Source of the DNA: Chiloscyllium plagiosum
Lineage: Eukaryota
Direction: 5' to 3'
NCBI RefSeq assembly: GCF_004010195.1
Contig: NC_057728.1
Location: 53,526,174-53,590,173, forward strand
Length of the DNA: 64,000 nt
Below are positions 39,856 to 52,544 of this stretch, one piece after another. The notes under the pieces were generated by a model. That model was not told the origin of the DNA, did no database searches, and was given only the letters and a program-made list of their open reading frames with translations. Numbering within the stretch: position 1 is the first letter of the stretch; each line of letters starts with the position of its first letter. The position numbers were made by a program, and so were the translations under genes.

Positions 39856-40119
39856 TTAGATTAGATTAGATTAGATTAGATTCTCTACAGTGTGGAAACA
39901 GGCCCCGGCCCAACAGGTCCACACCGACCCTCCGAAGAGTAACCCACCCAGATCCATTTCCCTCTGACTGATACTCCTAACACTACAGACAATTTAGCAT
40001 GGCCAATTCACCTGAACTGCACATCTTTGGACTGTGGGAGGAAATCGGAGCACCTGGAGGAAATCCACGCAGACACAGGGAGAATGTGCAAACTCCACAC
40101 AGTCAGTCACCCAAGGCTG
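39856..40119 (-). mobile_element. 5'-truncated HE1-like SINE, followed by a Penelope-type fragment (40120-40215)
   Basis: (ttaga)n tail and body are reverse-complementary to 63496-63818. Confidence 0.85.
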
Positions 40120-41924
40120 ACATCGACTTCTTCACTTCCTGATACTGCCTGGCTTGCTGTGATCTTCCAGCCTCCTGATAGTCTACTTTGTATTCCAGCA
40201 TCTGCAGTTTCTTTGTCTCTAATGTGTTTTAAGTGGAATAACATAGATGTATTTAAATCAAAGCCAGGCAGACACAAGAGGAAGACAGGAAGCGAAGGCA
40301 TGCTGATAAAGTTAGACAAAGTGGAACTGGAGGAGCTCGGGTCAGTTTCACTGAATGGCTTGGTAATTGCTGTAAAACATAAAACAGTGTCAGAAAATGT
40401 AGCCATCTGTGGCAAGTCCTCTTGATGAGTACAGAGGTCTGTTCCAGGAGTTAAAGACAACCGGAGCACATTTTATGAATTATCAAAATTGGGCTAATTT
40501 TCTGATTATATTCTCCTAATACTAAGCCTTGCCTTCCAGCAATGGGCGCTGCAAATTCAAGCTGAGCTATAGACACGTCCTATTGTGTTGCTAGGCTGAA
40601 AATGTTTTAAGGTCTGATCAAAATGAATACAGGAAGACACATGCACTTTAATATGAAGCAAATTAATTAGCTTAATCTACTTCATATATTTTCGAGACGT
40701 GTAAACAAATGAGTGAATCTATTAGCTTAAACTACACAATAAACAAGTGAGACTCACACTGCCTTCTATCTGTAATAGTCTTTGGCGACTATGGCACTTG
40801 GAGTTTTATCTCAGGTTCCATCGTCCTGGTCTCGTGAACCCCATCTCGATGGTGAAAAAGTCTGATGAGTGAGACAAAGTTCCTGAAATTAATACTATTC
40901 TGAATCTAAGGTTATGTGCTGAATCACCTTTTCAGAATACATTTAGCACTTTTCCAGGCATCCCATTCTGCAGAAAACACATTGTAAGATTTCCAGGTGG
41001 CTCCAAGTTAACTACATAAAAAAAGGGTTCCCACAGACAATCAAAGTTCGGCAGGTATGTCCCAGCCAAAACAGGCATGTTATTTTACACTAGGCCTATT
41101 TTCATGTATCTTTCCACTTTTCTTTAATTGTAGGTTGCCATGAGCAATTAACCCTGAACAACTAACCCTAATGGCTTGCTTTGATGACATCATTTTTAAA
41201 CCCAACACTGCACCTATCTGTTTAAATTAATGCCATAATTTCTGGATTATATATTGAAGAAGCCAAAGCTGCTTACAGGACTACAAAGTCACAAAAATGT
41301 ATTTCTCTGACTTGGCCATCAGTGCCCCGGTCATGTGAGCTCATTGACCATCATTCCTGGATTCCCAATGGAGTGTAGCGTAAAGCCGGTATGGAGGTTG
41401 TTAATTTGTAAAATCTAATTGTATAGCTCAACACTGCACCCCACTGAACAGTTCAGCATTAATTAGAAAAGAGAAAACTACATTTATTTCTGTTTATTCT
41501 TTCATGGGATATCGGCATCATAGGAAAGGCAATCAGTTGTTGCCCATTGTTAACTGCCCTTGTACGAGGTGGCTTGCTAGAGCTATTTCAGAGGGCAATT
41601 GACAGTAAACCATACTGCTCTGGGTCTGGAGTGACATGTAGGTCAGACTGGGTGAAGATGCCAGATTTCCTTCTCTAAAAGACATTAGTGATCCACATGG
41701 GTTTTAGTGATCCACATGGTGATTATGAAATTGACAACAATTTCATAATCACCATGATTGAGACTTGCCTTTAGCTTTAGATTTAATAATTGAATTAAAA
41801 TTCCACCAGCTCTCACAATGGCAATTGAAATGATGTCTTCAGCGTATTTGCCTCTACCTATGATTAAATGGCCTACTGATTTTACCACTATGTAATCACT
41901 TGCACGTATATTTCACAGCTTCAG

Positions 41925-42160
41925 GATGGGGCAACTTTTTCATGCAGAAGGTGGTGCATGTATGGAATGAGCTGCCAGAGACAGTGGTGGAGGATGGTAT
42001 GATTGCAACATTTAAAAGGCATCTGGATTGGTATATGAAGGGTTGAAAGGGATACGAGCTAAATGCTGGCAAATAGGACTAGATTAATTTAGGACAGCTG
42101 GTCGAGTTGGCCCTAAGGGTCTGTTTCCATGCTGAATATTCTATGACTCTATGATTCTAT
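41925..42160 (+). mobile_element. CR1 3' end
   Basis: tggaatgagctgccagag...ctatgactctatgattcta tail. Confidence 0.85.
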
Positions 42161-43839
42161 ATGGATAACATGATATTGAAGGATCCAAAATACATCTATT
42201 ATAGCTGGCTATAAGATACAATTTTCAGATTCACATGCTCATAAGCATTTAAGCCAGTATTAAGCCATTCAGTTACAAAGGGAAGCATTATTCTAGTTAT
42301 ATGCATGCTTCAAGTGATCCCCAGTAGGATGGAGTCTGTGATATTTTTATGCCCTCATGTCAAATGCTTTGATACAGTGATGATATTAGGAGCATGCCTT
42401 TTAAAGATATATTGGCATATTTACTGTCGAACATATTACGGCATCAAATGATCTTTTACATCTACATGTAAGATCAGACAAGGGATCAGTGTAGTATATT
42501 ATCTGAACGACAGCATATCCAACGAAGCAGTATAGCATTGTTCATTGTCCTTAATATTTATTCTGAAGTGTCTCTGGAAGAAGAAACAGCAATCTCCAAA
42601 TCAGAGATGAGAGATCTACAAACTGAACCAGAGCACAGAAAGAAGGTCAACAACAACTTAAGCATTTCAATAAACTTCAATTCCTGTTCAAATATAAGAG
42701 GGAGGATTTCCTGCTTTGAGCACCCCAGTTGCACATCTGGAAATTCACGATCCACAGCCCTGAGTTTCCATCCAATTAACTTTAGTGGAAACTCTTGCTG
42801 AGAAAGGTACTTGCGAATGATGATCATGCACATAAAATGAAACAGCAACATCAAAATAAAAAATCAGCAAAGCAATGTAACCGCACTGTGCAATTTTAGT
42901 CTATGTTGCTAGATAATAGGTGAGATTCCTATGAAAAGCAGATTGATGTTGAAATTGCAGCACAAAGGATTCTAAATGAAAATACCTGTGTTTGTTAGTG
43001 CTGTTAATTGCATTTCATTAATATTTAATCCAAAAAATCAGCAATGTCCAAAATACTCAAAATTATGTTCAGTTGTTAATTAAAAGTAGAATGTTAAATT
43101 ATTTATTGATTATTATGCTGTTTTCTGGCTTTTAAGCAGATGCCTTCGTGTTTCTTTTGGCATTTCATAGTTTCTGGCATTTCTTAGTGCAATTCACGCT
43201 GATATACTCATTAAAACTAAAGGCTTGCTGTTTGCCTCCCCTGTTTCTTGGCTTGCAATCAACATTCAGCTTAGCCCCCAGGAATCACAAGCCAAATAAA
43301 CCTGGCTTTTGTCAAAAGCAGCTGGCCCAGGTCCGACTTAAACTGCATGACCATTCTCAACGAGCGCATGAAGTAAACTGGACGTTTAGTTGTAGGGCTA
43401 GAGTTTAAATTGAGATTAAGTTGCCTCTGATTGATGGTGGGTTTTTTTACACTAGATATTCGCTTTCAGTGGCTGCAAGCCTGAGAATAATTGGACTTGC
43501 TGGCCCCTATGATCGTGCGTTTATCTTCCGCCATCTAATGTCCAGGCAGGAAAATATCCTGGATCTCCCTTACAGTACTCTGGACATACCAACACTCTAA
43601 GGACTGCAGTATTTCAAGAAGGCAGCTCACCACCACCTTCTCCACAGCAGTTTGAAATGGGCAATAAACGCTGGCCCAACCAATGACACTCATATCCCAT
43701 GAACCAATAATACTGAGCCACAGAAGTCACTGCACACTGGTTCACTGCTTTTATTACATGGAGTGATGGTGACAAAATGTATAGTCCGTTAGCTATTTGC
43801 TAAACTCAAACTACTCCAAGTGCAAGTATTATCACCAGC

Positions 43840-43945
43840 ACTACCTACTATTTCCATCACTGCTATTACTATTGCTATTATAATTACTATAAGTGCTACC
43901 ACTACAACCATTGCTACTACCGTCATCTATTCCTACTATTATCGT
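43840..43945 (+). repeat. Degenerate (CTA/TTA)n low-complexity tract
   Basis: Trinucleotide periodicity (ctattactattgctattata...ctactac). Confidence 0.7.
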
Positions 43946-43964
43946 TTGACTATTAATCCAAAGA

Positions 43965-44163
43965 TGTAAATGTGTTGCTGGAGAAGCGCAGCAGGTCAGG
44001 CAGCATCTAGGGAACAGGAGAATCGACGTTTCGGGCATTAGCCCTTCTTCAGGAATGCCCGAAACGTCGATTCTCCTGTTCCCTAGATGCTGCCTGACCT
44101 GCTGCGCTTCTCCAGCAACACATTTCCATCTCTGATCTCCAGCATCTGCAGACCTCATTTTCT
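43965..44163. mobile_element. Young fold-back Penelope-derived element (family A) with perfect 72-bp arms
   Basis: Arms 43968-44039 and 44054-44125 are exact reverse complements. 15-bp perfect TSD ctattaatccaaaga (43950-43964 / 44164-44178). Confidence 0.92.
44020..44056 (-). ncRNA. Minimal hammerhead ribozyme motif (family A), intact core
   Basis: Minus strand ATTC-CTGAAGA-A-GGGC-TAAT-GCCC-GAAA-CG-TC-GATTC, giving a GUC cleavage triplet. Confidence 0.7.
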
Positions 44164-44178
44164 CTATTAATCCAAAGA

Positions 44179-44490
44179 CCCATGTAATGTCTGGGGACCA
44201 GTATTCAAATCCTGCCATGACATATAATGGAATTTGAATTTAACTTTTTTTTAAAATCTAGAATTAAGAGTCTAATGATGATTGTGAAACCATTACCAAT
44301 TGTCAGAACAACCCATCTGTCATTTCCTTTACAGAAGAAAACTGTCGTCCTTACCTGGTCTGGTCTATATGTGACTCCAGACCATACTACAATGTTGTCG
44401 ACCCTTAACTGTCCTCTGGGTAATTAGGGATGGGCATTAAAATGCTAGCCTAACTAGTGAAGCCCACATCCTATGAATGAATAAAAAAAA
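44179..44490 (+). mobile_element. SINE with L2-like 3' tail (third family); related remnants at 15560-15740, 41480-41890 and 45270-45700
   Basis: B-box-like ttcaaatcc, body ccttacctggtctgg..gtgactccagacc, and tail ttagggatgggca..gcccacatcc shared with the LINE at 52545-53830. Confidence 0.55.
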
Positions 44491-46749
44491 GTATGTACAA
44501 GTGCTTCAAAGACATATTAACAATTGGAAAAGTGTACAGAACTAAATAGGAAGATGAGAAATAAGATCAGGGCTGAAGCTAAGACTGGGATAATGTAGAA
44601 AGAGCTTTGAGTGATTGGACTCAAAATATGAGCTCTGTTTTCCTTTCTACACATGTTGCCAGACCTACTGAGCTTCTCCAGCACTTTCTGATTTTGTTTC
44701 TGGCCTACATTTGATTCAAGGTGCTCAATAATGTGGTTTACTTTTAATTGGTCTCTAAAATGGTTTAACTAACCAGTCATTTCATGAGCATTCAGAGATG
44801 GGTAACAAATGTTAGACTTGCCAATGATGCCTACCTTCATAGAAGAGAAAGGAAAAAAAAAGTCACTATTTTAGGTTTTGTAGTCCTTCATCGCTGTGGG
44901 GACATTGTATTCCTGCTCAGTTCTCATTTAAAACCAATATCAAAATCCCTCCCACCACTCATTGATGTCTGAGCCCCAACTTCAGATAAGAATGATTGAG
45001 GAGATGGAAATTTCCATAAAGCTAAAGTTTTTGGTGTTACTTGTAAAGAATGAAGCAAAGAAATTTCTACATACACCAAACATTCAGTATCATTCAATTT
45101 ATTCCCTGTCTGTTAATTTTGGCTGCTGCATAGGAAAGGTTTCAAAGTTTTGCTTGTTTTGTTATGGAAGGAAACAAATTTCCCTGCACATCCATCGCTG
45201 TAGAAAGCATCAATTGCACCCCCCCGCATACAGTTTCTTATTTGGTCATCATGAGGACCTAGTGGAATTTAAATTTAATTAAATAAACCTGGAATTGAAA
45301 GCTTAATCTCAGTAATGGAGGCCAGAAAAACTACCACGAGCGATGAAAAATCAGTTCTAAAGAAAGGTCACAGGACTCAAAATGTGAACTCTGCATTCTC
45401 TCCACAGTTGCTGTCATATGTGCTGAGTTTCTCCAGCAATTTCTGTTTATGTTTCAAATTTTCAGCATTCACGGTTCTTTATTTTACCATCAGCTTTCAT
45501 CTGGTTCAGTAATATCCTTTAGAAAAGGAAATCTTCCATCCTTACCCAGTCTGACCTACGTGTGACCCAGACCCACTGCAAAGTGGTTGATTCTTAACTG
45601 CCATCTGCAATAGTTGAGCAAGCCACTCACTTCAAGGGTAATTAGGGATGGGCAACAAAGCCTGGTTTTGCCAGTGATGCCCATATCCTGTTAAAGAATA
45701 AAAGAAAAGAAAGCAATGAAAATGGCAGGAATTTTCAGATCTAACATATGCAATAGTGACTGTGGAAAATCAAGGGCTGTCTGATTGTAAAGTTATTCTG
45801 GCAAAAACTGTAGACAAAAATGTAAACGCTTGATGGTTCCCTTAATAACTGTTGATGTACTGACCTCTACTGGTATTTCTCAAATATAATTCAATTCAAA
45901 ACTTGTACGCCTTAAATTCCTTTTATAGCAGGTAGAAAAAGGTAATGTTAACAGAAGTGAATCAAGAAGTACTTTGCACTCGTACTGAACTGAATTTTTC
46001 AAAGCCTGAATTCCCAACCAGTATTCTGGTTTTTGTTTTCTCTTCAGTATGGTATTATTGCCGGTAGAAACGTACTGACAATATTGAGGCTTTAAACTCA
46101 ATACTATTTTGCAAAATATTTGTGCCACTAAGGACAGTAATAACAGTAGTAAATGCCAGTCACTGCCATGCCAGATACGAGCATTTTTATCTAGACCAAC
46201 AAGGGGGTACATTCTGTTTGTGACTCTTCTATGAGACAACTTTAAATATGGCAACTGCTCATTGGAAACATAAGTAAACTCCTGTCCGCATCACACCCTC
46301 GATTTTCCATACCCAATGTGCCTTTGCTTAACCTCAATGCTGAGTGAAAAACACACACACAAATGCACCAGTATCCATTTTTCCATTTGCCACGCTAACC
46401 GCTCGCTCCAATATTGCCAATCTTACATAACTTATGTCCAAGTTGTGGCCACTTCTGTACTGCAGCCCAGTTTAAACTGGATGAAGACGGCCCAGACTTC
46501 TTTCAAACAAAATGCTTGCAGCCAGCAGGAAGGGAAGGATTGATTATATGAGTTGGCCGGCATTCAAATTGAGGAGCGAAAGGTTGGTGCGCACGTAGAG
46601 GCCGGTTAAAGCAAAAATGTTTCATGTGGATGATAAAACACTCTGTAATGACCAATGCTGATTAATGACAAGGAGTCCTTGGTAAAGCAGTAAAATTTGC
46701 TTTGGGGTTAAGAACATGGAACAAGCAGAGGCCATTCAGCCCATCAACT

Positions 46750-47758
46750 AGGAGGAAGTGAGAACTGCAGATGCTGGAGATCAGAGTCAAAAAGTGTGGT
46801 GATGGAAAAACACAGCTGGTCACGCAGCATCTGAGGAGCAGGAGAGTCGATGTTTTGAGCATGAGCTCTTCACCAGGAATGTTGGGGGTGGGGTGCCAAG
46901 AGGGCTGTGAGATAAAAGCGGCAGTGGGGCTGGTAGCTGGGAATGCGATAGGTAGATGAAGGTGGAGTGTGATAGTGATAGGTCAGAACAGATAGATTAG
47001 ATTACCTGCAGAATGGAAATAGGCCCTTTGGCCCAACAAGTCCACACCGACCCTCCGAAGAGTAACCCACCCAAACCCATTCCCCTAGCCTATATATTTA
47101 CCCCTGACTAATGCACCTATCACTATGGGCAATTTAGCATGGCCAATTCATCTGACCTGCACATCTTTGGATTGTGGGGAAAAAACCACAGCACCCACAG
47201 GAAACCGACACAGACATGGGGAGAATGTGCAAACTCCACACAGATAGTCACCTGAGGCTGGAATTGAACCTGGGTCCCTGGCGCTGTGAGGCAGCAGTGC
47301 TGCCCACTGAGCCACCGTACCACCCACAGTGAGATAGGTGGGAAGGACTTGGCATGTATGTCCTTGGTGGAATCGGAGGGGGTGTGGGATGGGGAGTTGA
47401 AGTGTTCGGCCACAGGAGCCGAACACTTCAACTCCCCCTCCCACTCTGCAAGTCCTGGGCCTCCTCCACCTCCAGATTCTAGCCACCTGATGCCTGGAGG
47501 AAGAATGCCTCATCTTCCAGCTTGGGACCCTCCAACCACACGGGATCAATGTTGATTTCATCAGTTTCCTCATCTCCCCTCCCCCCTATCTTATCCCAGA
47601 TCCAACCCGCGAACTCGGTACCGCCCTCTTGAACTGTCCTACCTGTCCATCTTCCTTCCCACAACATTCCTGATGACGAGCTTATGCTTGAAATGTCGAC
47701 TCTCCTGCTCCTCGGATGCTGCCTGACCGGCTGTGCTTTTCCAGCACTACACTTTTTG
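46750..47758. mobile_element. Penelope-like element fragment with inverted terminal repeats (family A), containing a nested HE1 SINE
   Basis: Terminal repeats at both ends in opposite orientation; central fold-back at PVAEHFNSPSH (GIY-YIG C-terminal region); imperfect TSD attcagccc. Hammerhead-like motifs at 46845-46880 (-) and 47666-47702 (+). Confidence 0.8.
46993..47325 (-). mobile_element. HE1-like SINE
   Basis: Full-length reverse-complement copy. Confidence 0.88.
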
Positions 47759-50700
47759 ATTCAGCCCTTTAAGCCTACTCCACCATACAATACGATCATG
47801 GCTGATCATCCACTTCAATATTTTCCCACATGATCTCAATATCCTGTGTATCGTTGATATTTAGAATTCTGTCAACCTCTATTTTAAACTGATTCTCAGC
47901 CTCTGAGATAGTGAGTTCTAATGATTCACAATGCTCTGAATAAAAGCGTTTTTTTCACTCATCTTAGTCCTAAGTGGCTTCCCCCTTATTTTGAAAATGT
48001 GGCCCCTAGTTCTAGACTCCCGGGTCAGAAGTAATATCTTACTTGCAACTACCCTTTTTAGTCTTCTAAGTATTTTGTAGGTTTCAATGCAATCACCACT
48101 TATTCTTTGAAACTCTGGAGACTACAGGCCAAATTTTCCCACTCTCCAAATAGAGCTGACCTTCCACTTCAGGAACAAATGCGATGAACCTTTGTTGCAC
48201 GCCCTCTTTGGCAATAATATCCTTCTTGAGCTAATGGAATCAAAACTGCCCACAGGTGGAGTCTAACCACAGTTCAATACAATTGATGCAAGACTTTGCT
48301 ACTCTTATGTGCAAATCCTCTGCGATAAAGGCTAACAATGATGTTAGCTTTCCTAATGGTTTGCTGCATATTAGGCTTCACTGACTTTTTGACAAGGCAC
48401 ACAAGTACTTTGGTACATCTACACTTTCTCATCTCGTCCCATTTAAAAAAATGCTCTAGCCATCTGTTCCTCCTACCAAAGTGGATAACCTCACATTTTT
48501 CCACATTATATTCCATCTGCCATGTGCTTGCCCATTTATTAAGTCTGTCCAAATCTTCTTAAAGCAACTTTGCACCTTCCTTACAGCATACATTCCCACC
48601 TAGCTTTGTGTCATTTGTGAACTTGGAACTATAATATTTGATCCTCACATTCAAATAATTGGTACATATTGTGAACAGCTGGGGCCCAAGTCCTTAGTTT
48701 TGCAGTACCCCAACAGACATAGTTCCCCATTGCAAGAATGACCCGTTTATTCCTCCTGTCTGTTTTCTCCCTATTACCCAATCCTTAATCTACTGCAGCA
48801 CCTTACTATCTATCCATACCTATCAATTGCAACTTCTTCCAACTTCTTCCATTGGGAAGAAAGACTTGATTGTCTTTGGCCTCCCATCTCAATTCTTTTC
48901 TTTTACATTGATTTCACTCTAATCCAATGTGACAAGCTGAAGCAGACTATTCGCCACCTTGATATCTAATTAGGTTTTGTGTTGATCTGCTCCTGTTGGG
49001 AGGATGGGTTCTCAGGATTTTCTCTCAGATTTTGGGTGGGAAGAACGGCGAGGAGAAGGCAATCGACATCAGGCATAATGGACTATGACACTTGCTGCAA
49101 AGATCTAGAAGCAGAATGGACGGGAAACTGCCCCCAGAGAGTTAAGGTTTTAATACAATGAAACACCTTCTATCTCAATGAAGTTTGCATTTCCACTCTA
49201 CTCTCCTTTGCTGAATGATCATCAGAACTGAGGGAAAAAAAAGCACAAATAGCCAATTTCAACCATTTACAATGTTTCACCAGGGAGCTTCTGCAAATTA
49301 CCCTCTGGGAAATTTCAGGTCATGGTCTGCACGAAATGGTTCAACAGTAACATTCAATTTCTTTTTGTATTCTTTCATAGGATGTGGATGTTGCTGGCAA
49401 GGCCAGCATGAATTCCTCATCTCCAATTGGCCTTGGGAGGTGGTGGTGAGCTTCAGTGGAACAGTTAAATTAAACTTCTCAGTGATAAATGTCACCAAAC
49501 AGCCTGGGTGGAATCTTCGCAGGGCCTGAAGGCGTGAGCTATTGCAGGAAACCTAGCAGAATTATGTGAGAAGTTGAACAAGGCTTCTTGATGTCAGGAG
49601 CATTAAGGCACATTGTTCAACAGGGTTCCGAATGTTTAGATAAACTCATGTCTGTGAGCAGTAAGATGCTACGAATGGAGATTGTCATTCATTGTCAACT
49701 TCATTATTACACCTCGCAGTTCCCATGCTGAATAGTAACTTGATGCCGAGAATTCCGGACATGACAGCCAGAGTGGGAACCTGCCGATTGTCATTTGCCA
49801 CTTGCTCCTCTGGAACCTACACCAAGGATAACTGGCATCTTAGGGTATGCTCCACGGGCAGAAGCCACATGCACCCCACGTCCAGAGACAATGGCATTTG
49901 ACTCATGCCAGCCTTCGTGCACCATCATGGCACAACTTTGGAAAAATGCTGTAAGGACATCTCGCACACAGGGACAGACACACAGCTCATGGATTGGATG
50001 GGGCAGCATATTGGGGCTTCTCACCTGGTCCCTTTGTGCTCACTCACTTAGAACCTACTTGACAGTACACAACATCCCTGCCTTGCCTTGTATTATCTTT
50101 TTACACCTTGACCCCTCAGCCAGACCTGAAAAACCCACAGTTACTTTGTCTTACCTTGCTGCCAAATACAGACACAAAGCGAGGCAACTTGCCATGGTTC
50201 TCAACATTTACCAGTCAATGGGAGGTCATGTCACTGTACCAAACTCATACTTATAGCATGTATCAGTATCTATGCAACAAATGCACTGCACGTGCATCAA
50301 CCAAATGGCCATGTCTCAAACATTAAGGGGAGTAGTTGTCAGTCAGGACAGGGAAGGCTGTTGTCAGTCAAGGGGACTCCGGTGCAGTCAATCCATTCCC
50401 AATCCATGGCCTTAGGCATAGCCAGTTGTCCACTTGAGTAGGTCAGAGTAAGGGGGTCCTTCACAGTACAGTTCATGGAGTGGACATAGTTGGTCCTCGG
50501 TGACCACTGAATGAGTATTGGGGATATATCATCGGGCATAATAGGGGTAAGGTGGTGGAAGGTATTAATGATTAGGATTGTAGACCATCACCTTGGATGC
50601 AGAGAGGACAAGAATGATGAAAAGGATAACCTCGATACTAGGGGAGCCAGTAGTGCATGGAAAGATATGGAGTGATGTAGGAAGGAGGGCTTCAGTTGGG

Positions 50701-50934
50701 GAACTGTGCACCACGATGGTATGTGTCATTAAATTTAAATGTCAGGGCTCAGGATGTAAGGAAGAAAATTGGAGTTTCAATTCAAGAAGGTAGATGGGAA
50801 TATGTGAGGTTTGGTCAAAGTGAGCCACCAATGGACTGCCAGGTAGAGAAGGTTGTGGAGTCTCTGGGCAGAGGCAACCTGATGCTAGGTTCTCATGGTA
50901 TCCACCATGATCCATGAAATGTTGATAGCTAAGA

Positions 50935-51580
50935 GGGATCTAGCTTTAGGAATAAATATCACCAACAATCTATCCTGGTCCATCCACATCAACGCTACAG
51001 TCTAGAAAGCACACTGATGCCGCAACTTCTTCAGAAGACGAAGGAAATTCAGCGTGTCCATTAGATTCTTACCAGTTTAAACACTGTACCATAGAAAGTA
51101 TCCTATCTGGATGCATCACAGCTTGGTACAGCAACTGCTCTGCTCAAGACCGCAAGAATTTACAGAGAGTTGTGAACACAGCTCAGTACATCATTAAAAT
51201 CAGCCTTCCTTCAATTGACTCTGTCTATACTTCCTATTCCCTCGGGAAAGCAGCCAACACCATCAAAAATATCTCCCACCTTGGTTATACACTCTTTACT
51301 CTCTTCCATTCGGCAGAAGATATAAAAGCTTGAAAACACATACCAACAAATCTAAGAACAGCTCCTTCCCCTCTGTTATCAGATGTATGAATGGACCTCT
51401 CACATATTAGAGTTGATCTGTGTCTGCACCTTTCTGTGACTGTAAAACCATATTCTGCATTTTGTTCTATTACTCTGATGTACTTATGTAAGTTACATTT
51501 GTCTGGTTAGCATGCAAATCAATACTTTTCACTGTATCTCGGTACATGTGAGTATAATAAATAATAAATCAAATCAAATA
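50935..51580 (+). mobile_element. Rex1/Babar-like LINE 3' fragment
   Basis: ITNNLSWSIHI..TIESILSGCITAWY..LQRVVNTAQ..GRRYKSLK; (aaatc)n tail. Confidence 0.7.
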
Positions 51581-52354
51581 TATAGAATGCTGCACATGCT
51601 GTGACAAGCAACATTGACCATGTCATTGGTTCTTTCAAATTATAGATAAACATCTTGATTACACAGATATAGTTACACTTAAAAAAGGCATCTGCAGGGC
51701 ACAATCCATACAAATAATACAAAACACCCCAGGGAGAAAGGGGGTGGGGAACTGATTCCCTCTCCACCTGAACTGCAACTACAGTGAAAGATTCTCATAT
51801 ATGCAATGGCATCGAATTTTGGTGATTTGGGGCTAAGAGGAAAAAGGTCCATTATACATGTAGTGTTTAGACTGTTCTACTATGTATATGCCCAATGAAT
51901 GGTGGAGCACTACTATAAATAAAGTCCTCTGTCAAGGTGCCTGGATAACTCAATGCAGAACCCTCCTTACCAGAATGTTCCATCTTTCACTCTATGGAGA
52001 AGCATGTCAACTGTCATTTGTGATGGATACAATTGTCGACTGTTCTCATTGCTACAAATCTATGCTATTCCTAATGTTCCCAAAACAGATTATTTGCCAA
52101 GTGTGACTGATAGACTCAGTTATAGCAGATGTGATCAGCATCACTGCTGTGATGTACCAAACATATAAGGCAATGGAGACACAATAGATGCACTACCAAA
52201 CCCTGGACCAGCAGTAATGGACGGCTTTCATCAGATGAAGAGGTCACAATTGGAAGTCCCCTCAGGAGTTTCCAGAAGTACAGGAAGATCAGAGTCTTTG
52301 ATGTCATTTCTGCCTCATGAATGAGATTTAATAATGATGTTGGCCCAAACCCCC

Positions 52355-52530
52355 ATGGAGTGGGACCTGAAACCCGAAGGACTGAGTGGCCACTCTATCC
52401 CTGTGGCTGTCAAGCTAACAGCTACTTTGATTTTTTTTTTGGCAGCTGGCACCTTTCAGCGAGCCATGAGAGACCTATGAGGGAATCTTTCAATTCTCTA
52501 CCCACAAATGTATCAAGACTGTGACTGGTA
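52355..52530 (+). pseudogene. Harbinger/HARBI1-like transposase remnant
   Basis: Manual translation across frameshifts: MEWDLKPEGLSGHSIPVAVKLTATLIFF/AAGTFQRAMRDL*G/IFQFSTHKCIKTVT, resembling the Harbinger HTH region. Confidence 0.55.
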
Positions 52531-52544
52531 CCATTTGTCCCAGT

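Larger units (their letters stand above)
46705..48800 (-). mobile_element. Older CR1-like LINE 3' portion, with nested inserts
   Basis: Minus ORF DRLNKWASTWQMEYNVEKCEVIHFGR; interrupted at about 46750-47758. Confidence 0.75.

Noticed and set aside
42538..42854. Overlapping 87-aa and 98-aa ORFs as possible EPYC or other exons
   Set aside because: No SLRP motifs or recognisable domain, and no convincing splice pair.
49795..50256. 153-aa ORF
   Set aside because: No recognisable motif; lies in a probable decayed transposon region.
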